Source: Rebecca billardiae RCC1528
Taxonomy: Eukaryota > Protista > Haptophyta
DNA length: 64,000 nt
Direction of reading: 5' to 3'
NCBI GenBank assembly: GCA_965240325.2
Contig: OZ251224.1
Coordinates: 806,001 to 870,000, forward strand
Part shown: positions 22,231 to 33,569 of the stretch, piece after piece
How the letters are laid out: each line of letters starts with the position of its first letter
How positions within the stretch are numbered: the first letter of the stretch is position 1
Translations under genes and position numbers: made by a program
Notes under the pieces: generated by a model
Databases searched by the model: none
What the model saw: only the letters and a program-made list of their open reading frames with translations
What the model was told of the DNA's origin: nothing

Positions 22231-23308
22231 TCAATAAGGGTGGCTGTGATAGCACCAGCCCGCGTACCCGCCCGAGCCCGGCGCCTTCGCCATCACCTCC
22301 TGCGGCGCGGTCGTGTCCGCGGTCACAGCCCACAGGACCTTGTCCACAGGCGCTGCCGGCCAGACCATGTCGTGAACCGTCTTGCCGCCGTGCGTCCAAA
22401 AGTCGACGTACGTTGGCCACCCGGCCACCATGGCCCTATCCTCCCCGACTGCGGGCAAGCCAGGCAGGGATGAGACGGTGTGCGCGCGCATGCCAGCTCA
22501 GCGTGGCGCGTGAGCGCGGGAGAGCGTGCGGCGCACGTGCTCGGGTCAGCGGGCGACGCAAGCACGCGGCGCGCACCGAGGCGGGGCACAAATAGGTCGA
22601 CCGTGTTCCAATCCAGGAGCGACCAGTCGAGCGTGCTCCCAGAGGCCTGAGACGGGCCATCTGCAGGCACGGTGAGGCACGTCGTCAGCCCGACCGCCTG
22701 CGCAAGCCGAAGCACCGTGTCCAAGCCGCCGAGCGTCATGGGGTCTGTCGCGGCCAAATGATTCAAGTCAAAGCAGATACCATCCCACCCCAGATGCGTC
22801 TTGATCCACTCCATTTGGCCGTCGTCTCCGAAGATCCTGGCTTGTGCAGCCGTCCACGCCGAGTCTATGCCCCCGAAGACGAGGATCTTGGTGTTGTAGA
22901 CCATCGCGATCGGCTCGACGTACTCGTCCACCTTGATGAAGCATTCTCCCGGGTCTTGGCCCGGAAACGCGAAGAGATGGCTGGCACGGGCCGGGGGCGG
23001 GAACGGAAGGCGAGGACACAATGCGCGGCCGGAAGGCGGTACAGGGTCGATCCAATCGGAGTAGAAGAAGCCTGGACGCGTGGCACGATGGTGCGCGACG
23101 CGTGCGCGTGGGTGTGAGGCGCCGATTGCGCCTCGAGACACTCGCTGCTGCAGGCTCGGGGGCGCATACCCTGGATAGGAGGGTCGTCAGGAGTGTCCTC
23201 GGTGAGTGCACCCACCGAATCCAGTGCGACCACGCTGAGGGCGACGAGCGCCACGGCCGCGAGCGCGGCGAGCGCGCCCCACACGAGGCGCTTGGAGACC
23301 GCCAACAT
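22231..23308 (-). CDS. Secreted or membrane-anchored GH18-like (chitinase-fold) protein, probably non-catalytic. Exons ~23308-23170, 23071-22577, 22448-22231
   Basis: Hydrophobic N-terminus MLAVSKRLVWGALAALAAVALVALSVVAL. Phase-1 introns 23072-23169 (GTATGC..CAG) and 22449-22576 (GTGCGC..CAG) join three ORF pieces. Motifs KILVFGG, GWDGICFDLN, VDLFVPRL, GY.GW. One further intron near 22957-23045 is possible. Confidence 0.55.
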
Positions 23309-23346
23309 TTCGCCTGGCCACCGGCAGGCCGGACGGCCGGCGACGG

Positions 23347-23610
23347 GTGCCCGGATAAAAAAAATCGAAAAAGGACGCGAAGAATTCCCCCACGACGCAC
23401 GGGTGCGCACTGCCGACTGCGCAGCTCCCACTGAGTGACTGGCGAGGGTCGGCCGAAAACAACTGGGTGGCGCGGAGCGCGTGGGCCGCGCGCGCCAGCT
23501 CCAACGCCGGCGCGGACATCGCGCGGGGATTCCCGAGACGTGTGTTCGCCTGATTCGCGATTGCTCCCCCGTCGTCTTCTCGCGTGCAGGTGCCAGGTCG
23601 AACGGGGGCC
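23347..23610. repeat. Diverged copy of dispersed repeat family A
   Basis: Shares gcagctcccactg, tcggccgaaaa, tggcgcggagcgcgtg, tccaacgccggcgcggacatcg, ttcgcctgattcgcgatt, ctcgcgtgcaggt and tcgaacgggggcc, in the same order, with 42627-42916. Confidence 0.85.
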
Positions 23611-24387
23611 CACTTGATCCAATAATCGACCGCGCCGAAATTCGGAATTATAATATTATTGCGGCCTGATAGCTAATAATATATATGTCGTAAGAGTTAG
23701 CTAAGCGGCTGTACGTGTACCGCTGTACAGCCTGAGCCTGACTCGCCCTGAGCCTGTAGTGAGCCTGTACTCACAGAATAATCGTGCATGATCCCGCCGC
23801 CGTGACAGCCTCCGGCCCGCGCGGAACAGCTGTCACTGTCTGTTCGGACTGCCGGCGAAGTTCAAATTCCGAACGACCGAACCGACGGGCAGGCTATGCC
23901 AGGCTGCGGTCCTAAGTCGGATTCGTCGGGCGGCCGTCGATATTCGGGATTCCGGAATTGCCGGGATTCCGCGAGTATACTAAGTACTAACTTACTGTAG
24001 CTACTACCGGCGTAGCCGTACCGGACCGTGCTGCTGTGATTGATGACTGGAGTCAGAGTACGGCCTGAAGTACTAGGTCTAGTCAAAGGAATCAAGGGTC
24101 TAGTAGTAGGCCGGGCCTGTCGGACCGGGCGGAGCACGGCCCGGGACTGACTCAGCGGTAGTCCGACTCATGTCTCATCAGTGACAGTGACCGTTACGCG
24201 GGAGTGAGCCGCTAGCAAGGCTGTGACTTGATCTCACTGAGTCTGCTGAGCCGTCATCATCGCTGATAGAGTGATAGCGTGCGCGCATGGCACCACAGCG
24301 CTGCGCATCAGATGCCGCGCCGGACGCGGCGCGCCGATGCGGAAAATCAGCAGGCGCTTGGGTTTCTGCTACATGGAGGACAGCTGC

Positions 24388-26084
24388 TCATGGCGACTTG
24401 AGCCCGTTGGGGTTGTCCTTGAAGAACTTCTCGATCCACTCGGGCGTCACCGACTTGGGGCGCTCGAGCGGCAGGCCGAGCGCGCGGTCCCAGAAGAGCT
24501 GCGACATCACGCCAAACGCACGTCCGACGCCAAAGAGCACCGTGTAGTAGTCGTGCTCGTGGAAGCCGTAGTGCGTGAGCAGCACGCCCGAGTGCGAGTC
24601 GACGTTGGGGAACGGGTTCTTCGTCTTGCCGTGCTCCGTGAGCACGTCGGGCACCACCTGGTAGATCGTCTCGACGATCTTGAACAGCTCGTCATCCGGC
24701 AGGTGCTTGAGCGCGAACTCGCGCTGGCACGTGTACCGCGGGTCCGTCTTGCGCAGCACCGCGTGGCCGTACCCGGGGATCACCTTGCCCGACTTGAGCG
24801 TCTCCCACGCGAACTCGCGGATCGTGTCCTGGTTCACCGGCAGGTTGCGCTCCTTGAACGTCTTCTGCAGGTCGAGGATCCAGCCGAGCACCTCCTGGTT
24901 CGCCAGGCCGTGCAGCGGGCCCGCGAGCGCGTTGAGGCCGCCGCTGAACGCGAGGTACGGGTCGGAGAGGGTCGAGCCCACCAGGTGCGTCGCGTGCGCG
25001 CTGGCGTTGCCGCCCTCGTGGTCGGAGTGGATGGTGATGTACAGCCGCATGAGCTCGTCGAAGCTCGGGTTGTTGTCGAACCCCAGCATCCGGTTGAAGT
25101 TCGCCGAGTAGTCGAGGCTCGGGTCCTTCTTGCCGATCACGCCGTCGTGGTACTTGCAGCGGTAGATGAGCGCCGCAACCTCCGGCAGCCGCGCGAGCAG
25201 GTTCATCGAGTCCTCGTAGACGAACTCCCAGTACTGCGACTTGGGCGCGCCCTCGTGGTACTTCTTCGCGAACATGCTGTCCGTCTGCATCGACAGCACC
25301 GCGATCGAGAACTGCGTCATCGGGTGCATCGTCTTTGGCAGCGAGCGGATCAGCGGCTCCACGTGCGAGGGGAGCGTGGCGCGGTCGTTCAGATCCTTCG
25401 TCACCATGTCCACCTGCGCCTTGGTGGGGATGGTGCCCGTGAGGAGCAGCCACAGCAGGCCCTCCGGCATCGGCTCGTCCTTCGTGACGCCCGAGTACGT
25501 CGGCAGCAGCTCCTGCAGCTCAGGGATCGTGTAGCCGCGGAACCGGATGCCCTGCGCGAACAGCGGGGCACGCGCGCGCGCGTGCACGTGTGCGGGTGTG
25601 TCAAGGGTGGGCACGCATGGGGGTACGCGGCATGCGAGAAGAGGGTGGCGTGCTGGCTAAAACGTGCACGCCGATGCGTGCGACGCCCGCCGGCGAACAG
25701 GCTGCACGGCCGCGCGCACGCCGCGCCGCGCGCACCTCCTGCGCATCGAGCAGCGACGTCTCCCACACCATGCACTTGACGCTCCGCGCGCCGCCGAGGA
25801 CCTGGTCCAGGGTCACTGTGTCGACGATCTTGTCGCCGTGCTCCACCTTCATCTTCTTCCAGGCCTCCTGCTTCGCCGGGATCAGCCCTGCCAGCGTCTC
25901 CTTGAGACCCTGCGCGCATACGCGCGCGCCGACCGCCAGAGGGTTGTGACTATCCACGCCAAGGTGCGCGACATCCGATGGCACGCAGCTGGCCGCTCGA
26001 GAGCAGCGGGGCACGCACCGGTGATGACAAGGCGCGCACGCCCAGCGGCGTGCGCACGCACACGCGTCGGGCTGACGTAAGCAT
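24388..26084 (-). CDS. CS: Mitochondrial citrate synthase. Exons 26084-26019, 25909-25736, 25551-24388
   Basis: Transit peptide [22 protein letters not shown]. Motifs [66 protein letters not shown]. Phase-0 GT-AG introns 25910-26018 and 25552-25735. Confidence 0.96.
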
Positions 26085-26267
26085 GGTTGCAGCGTGGCCC
26101 TGGACCCTGAAGCGCCGCCGCCGAACGCGGGCGCGGCCGACCGATTCCCCGCGCGGGTACTGTGTTTTCGACGTTGCGCGACTGCAGCAGTCTGAACCGA
26201 AACCAAGCGTCGTCAAGTTCCCAGGCTCGTTTGGCACAATCATTGGCGCCGGCTCACGGCCGCCATC

Positions 26268-27158
26268 ATGTTCATCGCGCTGCGCGCGGCCGTGCCGCTC
26301 GGCATCGCGGGTGTGTGGGCGTACCGAATCGTTCGGCACCTGCGCGCGCGCGGCGCAGAAGCCTACCTCCCGCCGGCCGCGCGCGCCGCCATATACAACG
26401 CCGAGCACGGCATGGCGCGCGCCGAGCACGGCATCGAGGACCTGCCCGGCACCGTCGGCATGCACCACAAGCACCTCTTTGTCGTGACGGACGAGGCCTC
26501 GCAGTGGCCGTCGCGGTGGGAGGACACGCCGGGGCTGCCGACAGCTCTCAACGCTGCGCTGAAAAACGCCAAGGAAGCCCTCAAGGGCCGCAAGGTCAAG
26601 CTGACCGCCGCCAGCCCGGACGGCCGCGTCGGCGATGTCCCGGGGGACATCTTGGTCTTCCCTGACGGCGTGCGCGTGCGTGGCGTGGCGACGAACCAGG
26701 TGGCGGACGTGATCAGCTGGCTCACTGACGGCGACACGCAGCGCGCTGGCCTGACCGTCCAGCCGTACAGCCGCAACGGGGACGCGGCGCCCGCGCAGAT
26801 CTTTGTGTGCGCGCACGCGGCGCGCGACAAGCGCTGCGGCGTGATCGGGCCGGCGCTGATCGAGATCCTGCGCAACGAGCTCGCGCAGAGCGGGCCCGCG
26901 GGCGAGCGCGTCGCCCTGCGTGCCTGCTCGCACGTGGGCGGGCACAAGTACGCGGGCAACATGCTCGTCTTCTCGCGCGGCGAGGGGCACTGGTACGGCT
27001 ACGTCGACGCGCGCGCGGCCGCTCGGATCGTGCGGCAGCACGTGCTGGGCGGCACGCCGCTGATCGAGCCAAAGCTGTGGCGCGGGATGCTCGGGTGCAC
27101 GGAGGAGCAGCAGCGCGAGAGGTGCAGCAATGCGTGCGCCAGCTGCGGCGCAGCGTGA
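26268..27158 (+). CDS. Sucrase/ferredoxin-like protein (AIM32/Apd1 family, thioredoxin-like [2Fe-2S])
   Basis: GDILVFP, FVCAHAARDKRCG, SHVGGHKYAGN, WYGYV, WRG. Confidence 0.9.
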   Translation: MFIALRAAVPLGIAGVWAYRIVRHLRARGAEAYLPPAARAAIYNAEHGMARAEHGIEDLPGTVGMHHKHLFVVTDEASQWPSRWEDTPGLPTALNAALKNAKEALKGRKVKLTAASPDGRVGDVPGDILVFPDGVRVRGVATNQVADVISWLTDGDTQRAGLTVQPYSRNGDAAPAQIFVCAHAARDKRCGVIGPALIEILRNELAQSGPAGERVALRACSHVGGHKYAGNMLVFSRGEGHWYGYVDARAAARIVRQHVLGGTPLIEPKLWRGMLGCTEEQQRERCSNACASCGAA

Positions 27159-27624
27159 GCCGTGCGCACGTGGTCAGGGGCGCAGCGAACGGCAGAATTC
27201 ACGCGCGTGAGTGCTTCGTGCAGACTCATGAGTCCTGAACTCGCCATCCGACATCCGGGCGGAGCTTGGCGTGTGCGACGGTGTCGGCCGCCGCCGCTGG
27301 CTTGCGTTACCGCGTGGCTTCTAAGGCTGAACGACCACTGAGCCACTCTCAATGGTGTCGCCAGTGTCCAGGTCCGCCCGACCACCTTAGTGTCGAACAA
27401 CCATCCGACAGTCCATCCGTCAGCGTCAGGCCACTCAGGCGTCAGCGCGCCGGCGTGACGCGGCGAAGCACTGGTCACACTTCCAACATGTCCGGTGCAG
27501 ATGTACCCGTGTCCCGGACTTTTGCGCGTCTTGCCGCGGCGCGCACGCCTGGTCGCGCAGCCGCTGCTCGCGCTTTTGCCGCTCTCTCGCCTAGCCTCCC
27601 CACCCCCCAAACCCGTACGACACA

Positions 27625-28382
27625 ATGGTGCGTGGCCGCGGGGCTGCGGCGCGCGCGGCGAAGTTCGCTCGTCGGTGGCGCATCTGCTACTGCCGCCGGC
27701 GCCGCTTGCCCAGCGCGCGCGCTGACTTGCAGCCCCTCCTGCACGCGCACGCGCGCGCGTGCGTGTCTGCCTTGCGCAGGCGGATGACGAGCAGGAGTCT
27801 CCCTTCATCAAGCTGAAGAGCAAGCAGGAGGAGATCTTCGAGGTGGAGCGTGAGGTCGCGTGCCGATCCGTCACCGTGAAGAACATGGTGCGGCTCTGCG
27901 CAGGGCATGTGGCGCGCGCGCGCGGGCCAGCCCCCCCTCCCTCTCTGCCCGGGCGAGTGGGCGCTTGACTCACGCTGCGCGCGGGGCTCCGCGTGGCCCG
28001 CCGCGCGCAGGTGGAGGACACGGGCTCGGACACGCCGGTGCCGCTGCCGATGGTCGACTCGAAGATCCTGATCAAGGTGATCGAGTACTGCAAGTACCAC
28101 AACAGCGCGGAGCAGAACCCGCAGAAGCAGACCGAGGAGGACAAGGCCAACTGGGACAAGGAGTTCGTCAAGGTGGACGACGAGACGCTGTTCAACCTGA
28201 TCCTCGCGGCCAACTACCTCGACATCAAGTCGCTGCTCGACCTCACCTGCAAGACAGTCGCCGACGAGATCAAGGGCAAGACGCCCGAGGAGATCCGCGT
28301 ACGCTTCAACATCAAAAATGACTTCACGCCCGAGGAGGAGGAGGAAGTGAAGCGCGAGAACGCGTGGTGCGAGGAACGCTGA
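27625..28382 (+). CDS. SKP1: SKP1. Exons 27625-27627 (ATG only), 27780-27887, 28011-28382
   Basis: IKLKS..EIFEV...VA.RS.TVKNMVED, VPLP.V...[56 protein letters not shown]. Phase-0 introns 27628-27779 and 27888-28010. Confidence 0.96.
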
Positions 28383-29338
28383 GAGGCTCGCGCGGAGCAG
28401 CGGCGCGCGCGTGGCCCGGTGCGGCCCGACGCGCGGCACGAATTACGTCCTGAAGAGGCAGCCCGCTCCGGCGGGCTGGCTGCACTGGTCTCGTGCCCGC
28501 GGCCGCGCTGGGCTCCGGAGCCAGCACGCAGTGTGCGGAGCTGGCGTCGGTGGCGTACGAGGGGGAGGGTGTTCCGAAGCACCCGCGCATGGAGGCGCGC
28601 GCATGTGGTCGGAGGCAGCACTGCCGTACGCGCGCGTGTGGCAGGTCGAGCCTGGGCGCCACGTGCATGCCGTGATCGGCGTGGTGCGGCGGCCACGGCA
28701 TGAGGGCCAACCGCGGTGCCGCGGTGGCCGCGGAGCCTGCAGGGCCATGGGCCGACGTCGCGATCGGACCTCGGCGTTGCGTCGACACTGACCTCGGGGC
28801 GATCGAGGAACGTCGTAACGGCATGTCTGATGACAGCGTACTTAGAAGCGGTTCAGATACACCTCCACCTGCGCAGCACTCCAGACCGTCACCGGGACAC
28901 GAGCCTCACCGCGCGGGGCGGCGCGGGGCCGCGTTGGCACCGCGCGGCCGCCCCGGGCTGGCCCCCGCCCCGCGCCGGGCGTGCCTCGGCTCGGCTCCTC
29001 GCCATTCGCCCGTGGCCGCCGTCGACGGCAACTCCGGAGTGGGGGGCGAACGTGCGAGCTTGCGTCCACCGCTCGCGCCCGCCGCGCGTCGTGTTCACAT
29101 CACAAATCACTGGTTCACTGGTCAACCGCGCGAGCAAATAGCCATCAGGTGATGAAGAGTAAGACGACGGTTTGTCGCGCGCCCCCGCACAAGGCGCACA
29201 ACGGCTTTTGCGTCACCGAGATCGCATCGAGACACGCGCGAACCGGGGCGATCTCGTCCGGAATAAAAAGTGCGCGGCTTGCGCCGACCACGTGCGCATC
29301 AAGCAGTGCTTGCGACCGCCGTCCGATCGAGCGGCCTC

Positions 29339-30885
29339 ATGGCGCCTGAGCCCGCCGCCGTCGCCCCGTTCGACTTCCCTGACACTGGCCGCGGGCAGCG
29401 CGCGCTTCGGGATGTGCGCAAGGGCGAGGTGCTCGCGCGTGCACCGCTTGCAACGTGCTTCACCGAGTCCGCCGCCCGCGCCGCGCCCGAGCTCGCCGAG
29501 GTCGTGGGCGCGATCGACGCGATGCCGCACCCGCGCGTGCTCAAGACACCGCTCATCGCGATCCACGTGCTCTCGGAGCGGCGGAAGGGCGCGGCGTCGG
29601 CGAGAGCAGCGCACATCGAGAGCCTGCCCTCCGAATTCGACACGCCGCTCCACTGGACGGACGAGCAGCTCGAGGCCCTGCGCGGCACGGCAGGCGGCTG
29701 GCATGCGTTTGCCACGCGCGCAAGGGAGGAGGCGCGCGCCGACTACGCCGAGCTCGAGCGCGCCCTCGGAGCGGCGGCGCTCGAGAGGCTCGGCGTGGAT
29801 CGCGAGGGCTACCTGTGGGCGTCGAGCTGCCTCCAGTCCCGCGTGATGGACGTCGCGGGCGCCGAGCCGCTGATGGCGCCCTTCCTGGACTTGTTCAACC
29901 ACACGGCGGATGCGCGCGCGCGCGGCAGCTTTGGCCTGGACGAGGCGGGCGGCGCGGTCGTGGTGCGCGCGTACCGCGACTTCCGCGCGGGCGAGCAGGT
30001 GTGCATCTCGTACGGCGCGCACACCAACCCGGCGCTCCTCTTCTCGTACGGCTTCTGCCTCCCGCCCGCCGACGCCCCCTCGGACTCACTCGAGCTGGTC
30101 GACGCGCTGCCGTTTGGGCCCGCGTGCGCGGACGCGGCCGGGCGCGCGCGCGCGGCCGTGCTGCTGCGCGCGGCGACGCAGCACGTGTCGGGGGCGGGCG
30201 ACGCGGAGGGGTCGGGTGGCCCCGCCGCTGACGCCGAGAGCGCCCCATCGCCGCCGCCGCTCTCGCTCGACCTGCCCTCCGTCGCCGAGCTGGGCTCGGA
30301 GGCGGAGCGCGCGGCGCTGCGCGTGCGCTGCCGGCACGCGCTCAGCGTGCGCGCGCCGCTGCCCGCCTCTCTGCTCGTGCTCAGCCGGCTGCGCCAGCTG
30401 GACGACGCCGCGCTGGCCGATCTGGAGGAGTCGCCGCCGCTCTTCGACGCCGTCACCCGCGGCGCGCCGATCTCCGCCGACAACGAGCGCGCCGTCCTCG
30501 CCGAGCTGCGCGCGCGGCTGGGCGCGCTGCGCACCGCCCTCGACAGCGAGCGTGCGCCGCCCGATGCGTCGCACACGCCGACGGGCGCGCGGCGCGTGGC
30601 GCTCGCGCAGAGGCTGGTCGACGGCGAGCGCGCCATCTTGTCCGCCGCCGAGGCGGCCCTCGACGAGCTCGCCGCGCGCGCGCCCGACGTCCGTCCGCTC
30701 CTGGCCCCGCGCACGCAGCACGGCGCTCGCCCGGCATTTGCTGCGGCCTCCGGGTCGGCGCCGGCGGCCGGCGCCGCGGCGCCGAGCGCCGAGCGTGCGC
30801 GCGCGGCGGGCGAGCCCGCCGAGCATGCGCGCGGCGACGCCGTGGAGGCGGTCCCGCTCGGGAGCGTGGTCGAATGGGGCGCTCT

Positions 30886-30922
<37 letters not shown>

Positions 30923-33307
30923 TCCGCCTCCGGCCCCGCGGCCGCGCCTGCCACCGCGCGCGCGCTGCGCGTGTGCGCCGAGCGCGGCGTGCGCGCGGGC
31001 GCCGTCGCGCTGGCGGAGCCCGTGGAGGCGTGGTGCCTCACGCCCGCCATGGCGGCGGCGGACGTGCGGCTGCAGGCCGCGGTTGGTGGCGTGGAGCAGC
31101 TGGCGGCGCTGCCCTCGCGCGCGTACATCCCGGCGCTCCTCGCCCTCGTCACCGCGCCGGCGGCCGACGATCCGGCCGCAGCGGCGCGCGCGGACGCGGA
31201 CGGCGCGGACGGCAGCGGCAGCGCGCCGCTCAGCGCGCTCATCCGCGAGCTGCGTGCGCTGGAGCGGGGGGCGCTGCCCGCCGTGCTGTGGCCGGACGAC
31301 GAGCTTCGCGCGCTCGAGGGCAGCCGCTGGCTCGCGGAGATCGCCGACGCTCGCGAGGACGTCGCCGCCGACTTCAGCGCGCTCGAGGCCGCGTGCACGC
31401 GCGCGGGCGAGGCGGGCGCGCGCGCCATGCGCGAGAGGGCGGCGCGCGCCGCGCTCGTGCGCAGCGGCGGCGCGCTCAGCCGCGAGCGGTTCGCGCGGGC
31501 GTGCGCCGCGGTGCGCGCCGCGACGCTGGCCGTGCGCGGCGAGCAGGGGGAGGACTGCGACCTCGTCTGCCCCGCGCTCGTCGGCGGGTGCGTCCACTCG
31601 GACGAGGCGCCCGCGCGCGCGGCGCCCGCGCTCGCGCGCGCCCCGAGCGGCGGCGCGCTGCTGCTAGTCGTGCGCGCGCACACGCAGCTCGAGCGCGGCG
31701 AGCGGCTGCCGGTGCGGCTCGGCGCGGAGCCGTCGGGCGAGCTGCTCGCGCGGCGTGGGTGGGTCCTCGCGCACAACGCGCACGAGCGCGTCGAGCTCTC
31801 GCTCACCCTGCCCTGCAGCAGCGCACACGTCCTCGAGGCGGCCATGCTCTGCGCGCCTGACGCGCCGGTGGACCCGCTCGAGGCGTCGGCCTTCGAGTTT
31901 GTTCGCGTGCCGACGGAGGCGCAGGTGGCGGCGGCGGGCGAGGGCGGCGCGCCGCTCGTCACCCGGCACTCGCTCAGCCGCGCCGCGCCGCTCCCGCCCG
32001 CGCTCCTCGCGCTCCTCCGCCTCGAGCGCTGCACCTCCGCCGAGCTGCGCAAGTGTGGGGCGGCGCTCGCCAAGCGCGGCGCGCCGCTGTGGGCGGCCCT
32101 GCAAAGCGCACAGCCGCTCTCGGCGACCAACGAGCTGCACGCGCTGAACGCGCTCGAGGCCGTCGCCGCGTCGATGCTCGACCAGTACGGCGCGCCCGCG
32201 CGCACCGCGCCCGCGCCCGCGCCCGCAAACACGCACGCCACGCGGCGCGCGCTGCGCGCGCGCGCGACAGACAGAGGTGCGCGCGAGGCGTGCGCCGCGC
32301 TTCTCGTCGGGGCGGAGAGCTCCGTGCTGCGCGCCACGCTGGCGGAGGCGGCGGCGCGCCGGCTGGGGCACTGCGCGCGCACGCTCGAGCGGCTGCACAC
32401 CCTCCCGGGCAAGCAGCCGGGCGAGGCCTCGCCCTGGTCGCGCTACCTGCGCCTCTCGCGCCCGCGGCTCGACGCGCACAGCGCCGCGGTGGGCGTGACG
32501 TGTGCTCGGCTGCACGGCGCGGCAGAGGCGGCGCGCGCGGGCGCGGGCGCGGGCGCGGAGCTCGCCGCGCGCGAGCAGCTCGGGCTGTACTCGCGCGTGT
32601 GCGCCGAGCTCTTCGGCTGGCTCTTCGGCGTCGAGAGCGGCGCGCTGCTCGGCCCGGAGCCCGCGCTCCCGGCGATCTCGTCGATCTCCCGGCCAGCGTC
32701 CGCAGCGGGCGGCGCTCGCGCGGGCGAGTACGGCCGTCTCTTTGCAGACAAGGTGTGCCTGTGGGGCTGCTTCCTGCTCGCGCAGTGGGCGCACGCGACC
32801 ACACTCGGCTTCTCCGAGATGAACACGATGCTGATGGAGTCGGTCGACCTGCGCGCGGCGCACAGCTGGAGCGTGCCGTGCGACGCGGCGCTCGAGCTGC
32901 TCATCAGCGCGCGTGCGCCTCTCGCCCTCGCGGGCGACACGAACGGCGTGTGGGCGGCCGAGCTGCGCGCGCGCGGCGCGAGCGTGCACGTCGTGGCGGA
33001 AGGCGCGCCGCCGCCGCCCGGACACACCCTCGTGCTCGTGTGGCTGGATTCGCGCGGGGCGGGCACGGCGGGCCTCGAGCTCGTGCGCGCGCATCCCGCC
33101 GAGCGCCTCGCGGCGATCGGCGAGTGGCGCGGCGGCCGCACGCTCGGCGCGTACGCGCCCGGCCTGAGCGCGCACGGCCAGTCCTTCTCTGCGCAGATGC
33201 AGGAGCACGTCGAGGCCGAGTACGAGCTCGAGGCGGAGTGCGCGCTGCCCAACTGGCCCCTCACACTCGACAAGCTGCTGCTCTTCCGCAGACGGCGGCC
33301 GCGTTGA
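29339..33307 (+). CDS. Tandem SET-domain protein (Rubisco LSMT/SETD6-like) with a C-terminal methyltransferase-like domain
   Basis: First SET: DTGRGQRALRDVRKGEVL, LP.EFDTPLHW, MAPFLDLFNH, GEQVCISYG...N..LLFSYGF. A degenerate second SET follows (LVCPAL..CVHS, GE......G..PSGELLARRGW). Each is followed by a substrate-binding region (ISADNE / LSATNE). Confidence 0.82.
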
Positions 33308-33569
33308 TACGTCGAGCCGCAGAATACGTGACGATGCCGTGCAGCACGACGTGCACGAGGCCGAGCCATAAGCCCATATGACCGGATATGTACACGCTGT
33401 AGTAAAGCTCACTCAGAGGCCGGCCACTCAGTCAGAGGGCGTCAGAGGCGCTGGCGGTAGTTGTCGGCGGTAGCAGTAGCGAGTCTGCGCAGTCTGCGCT
33501 GAGATCCAGCGCCGCCAGCGCGTGCGCACGCCGCGCACGCTCTCATGTCTACCGCGGCCGACGCGATGG

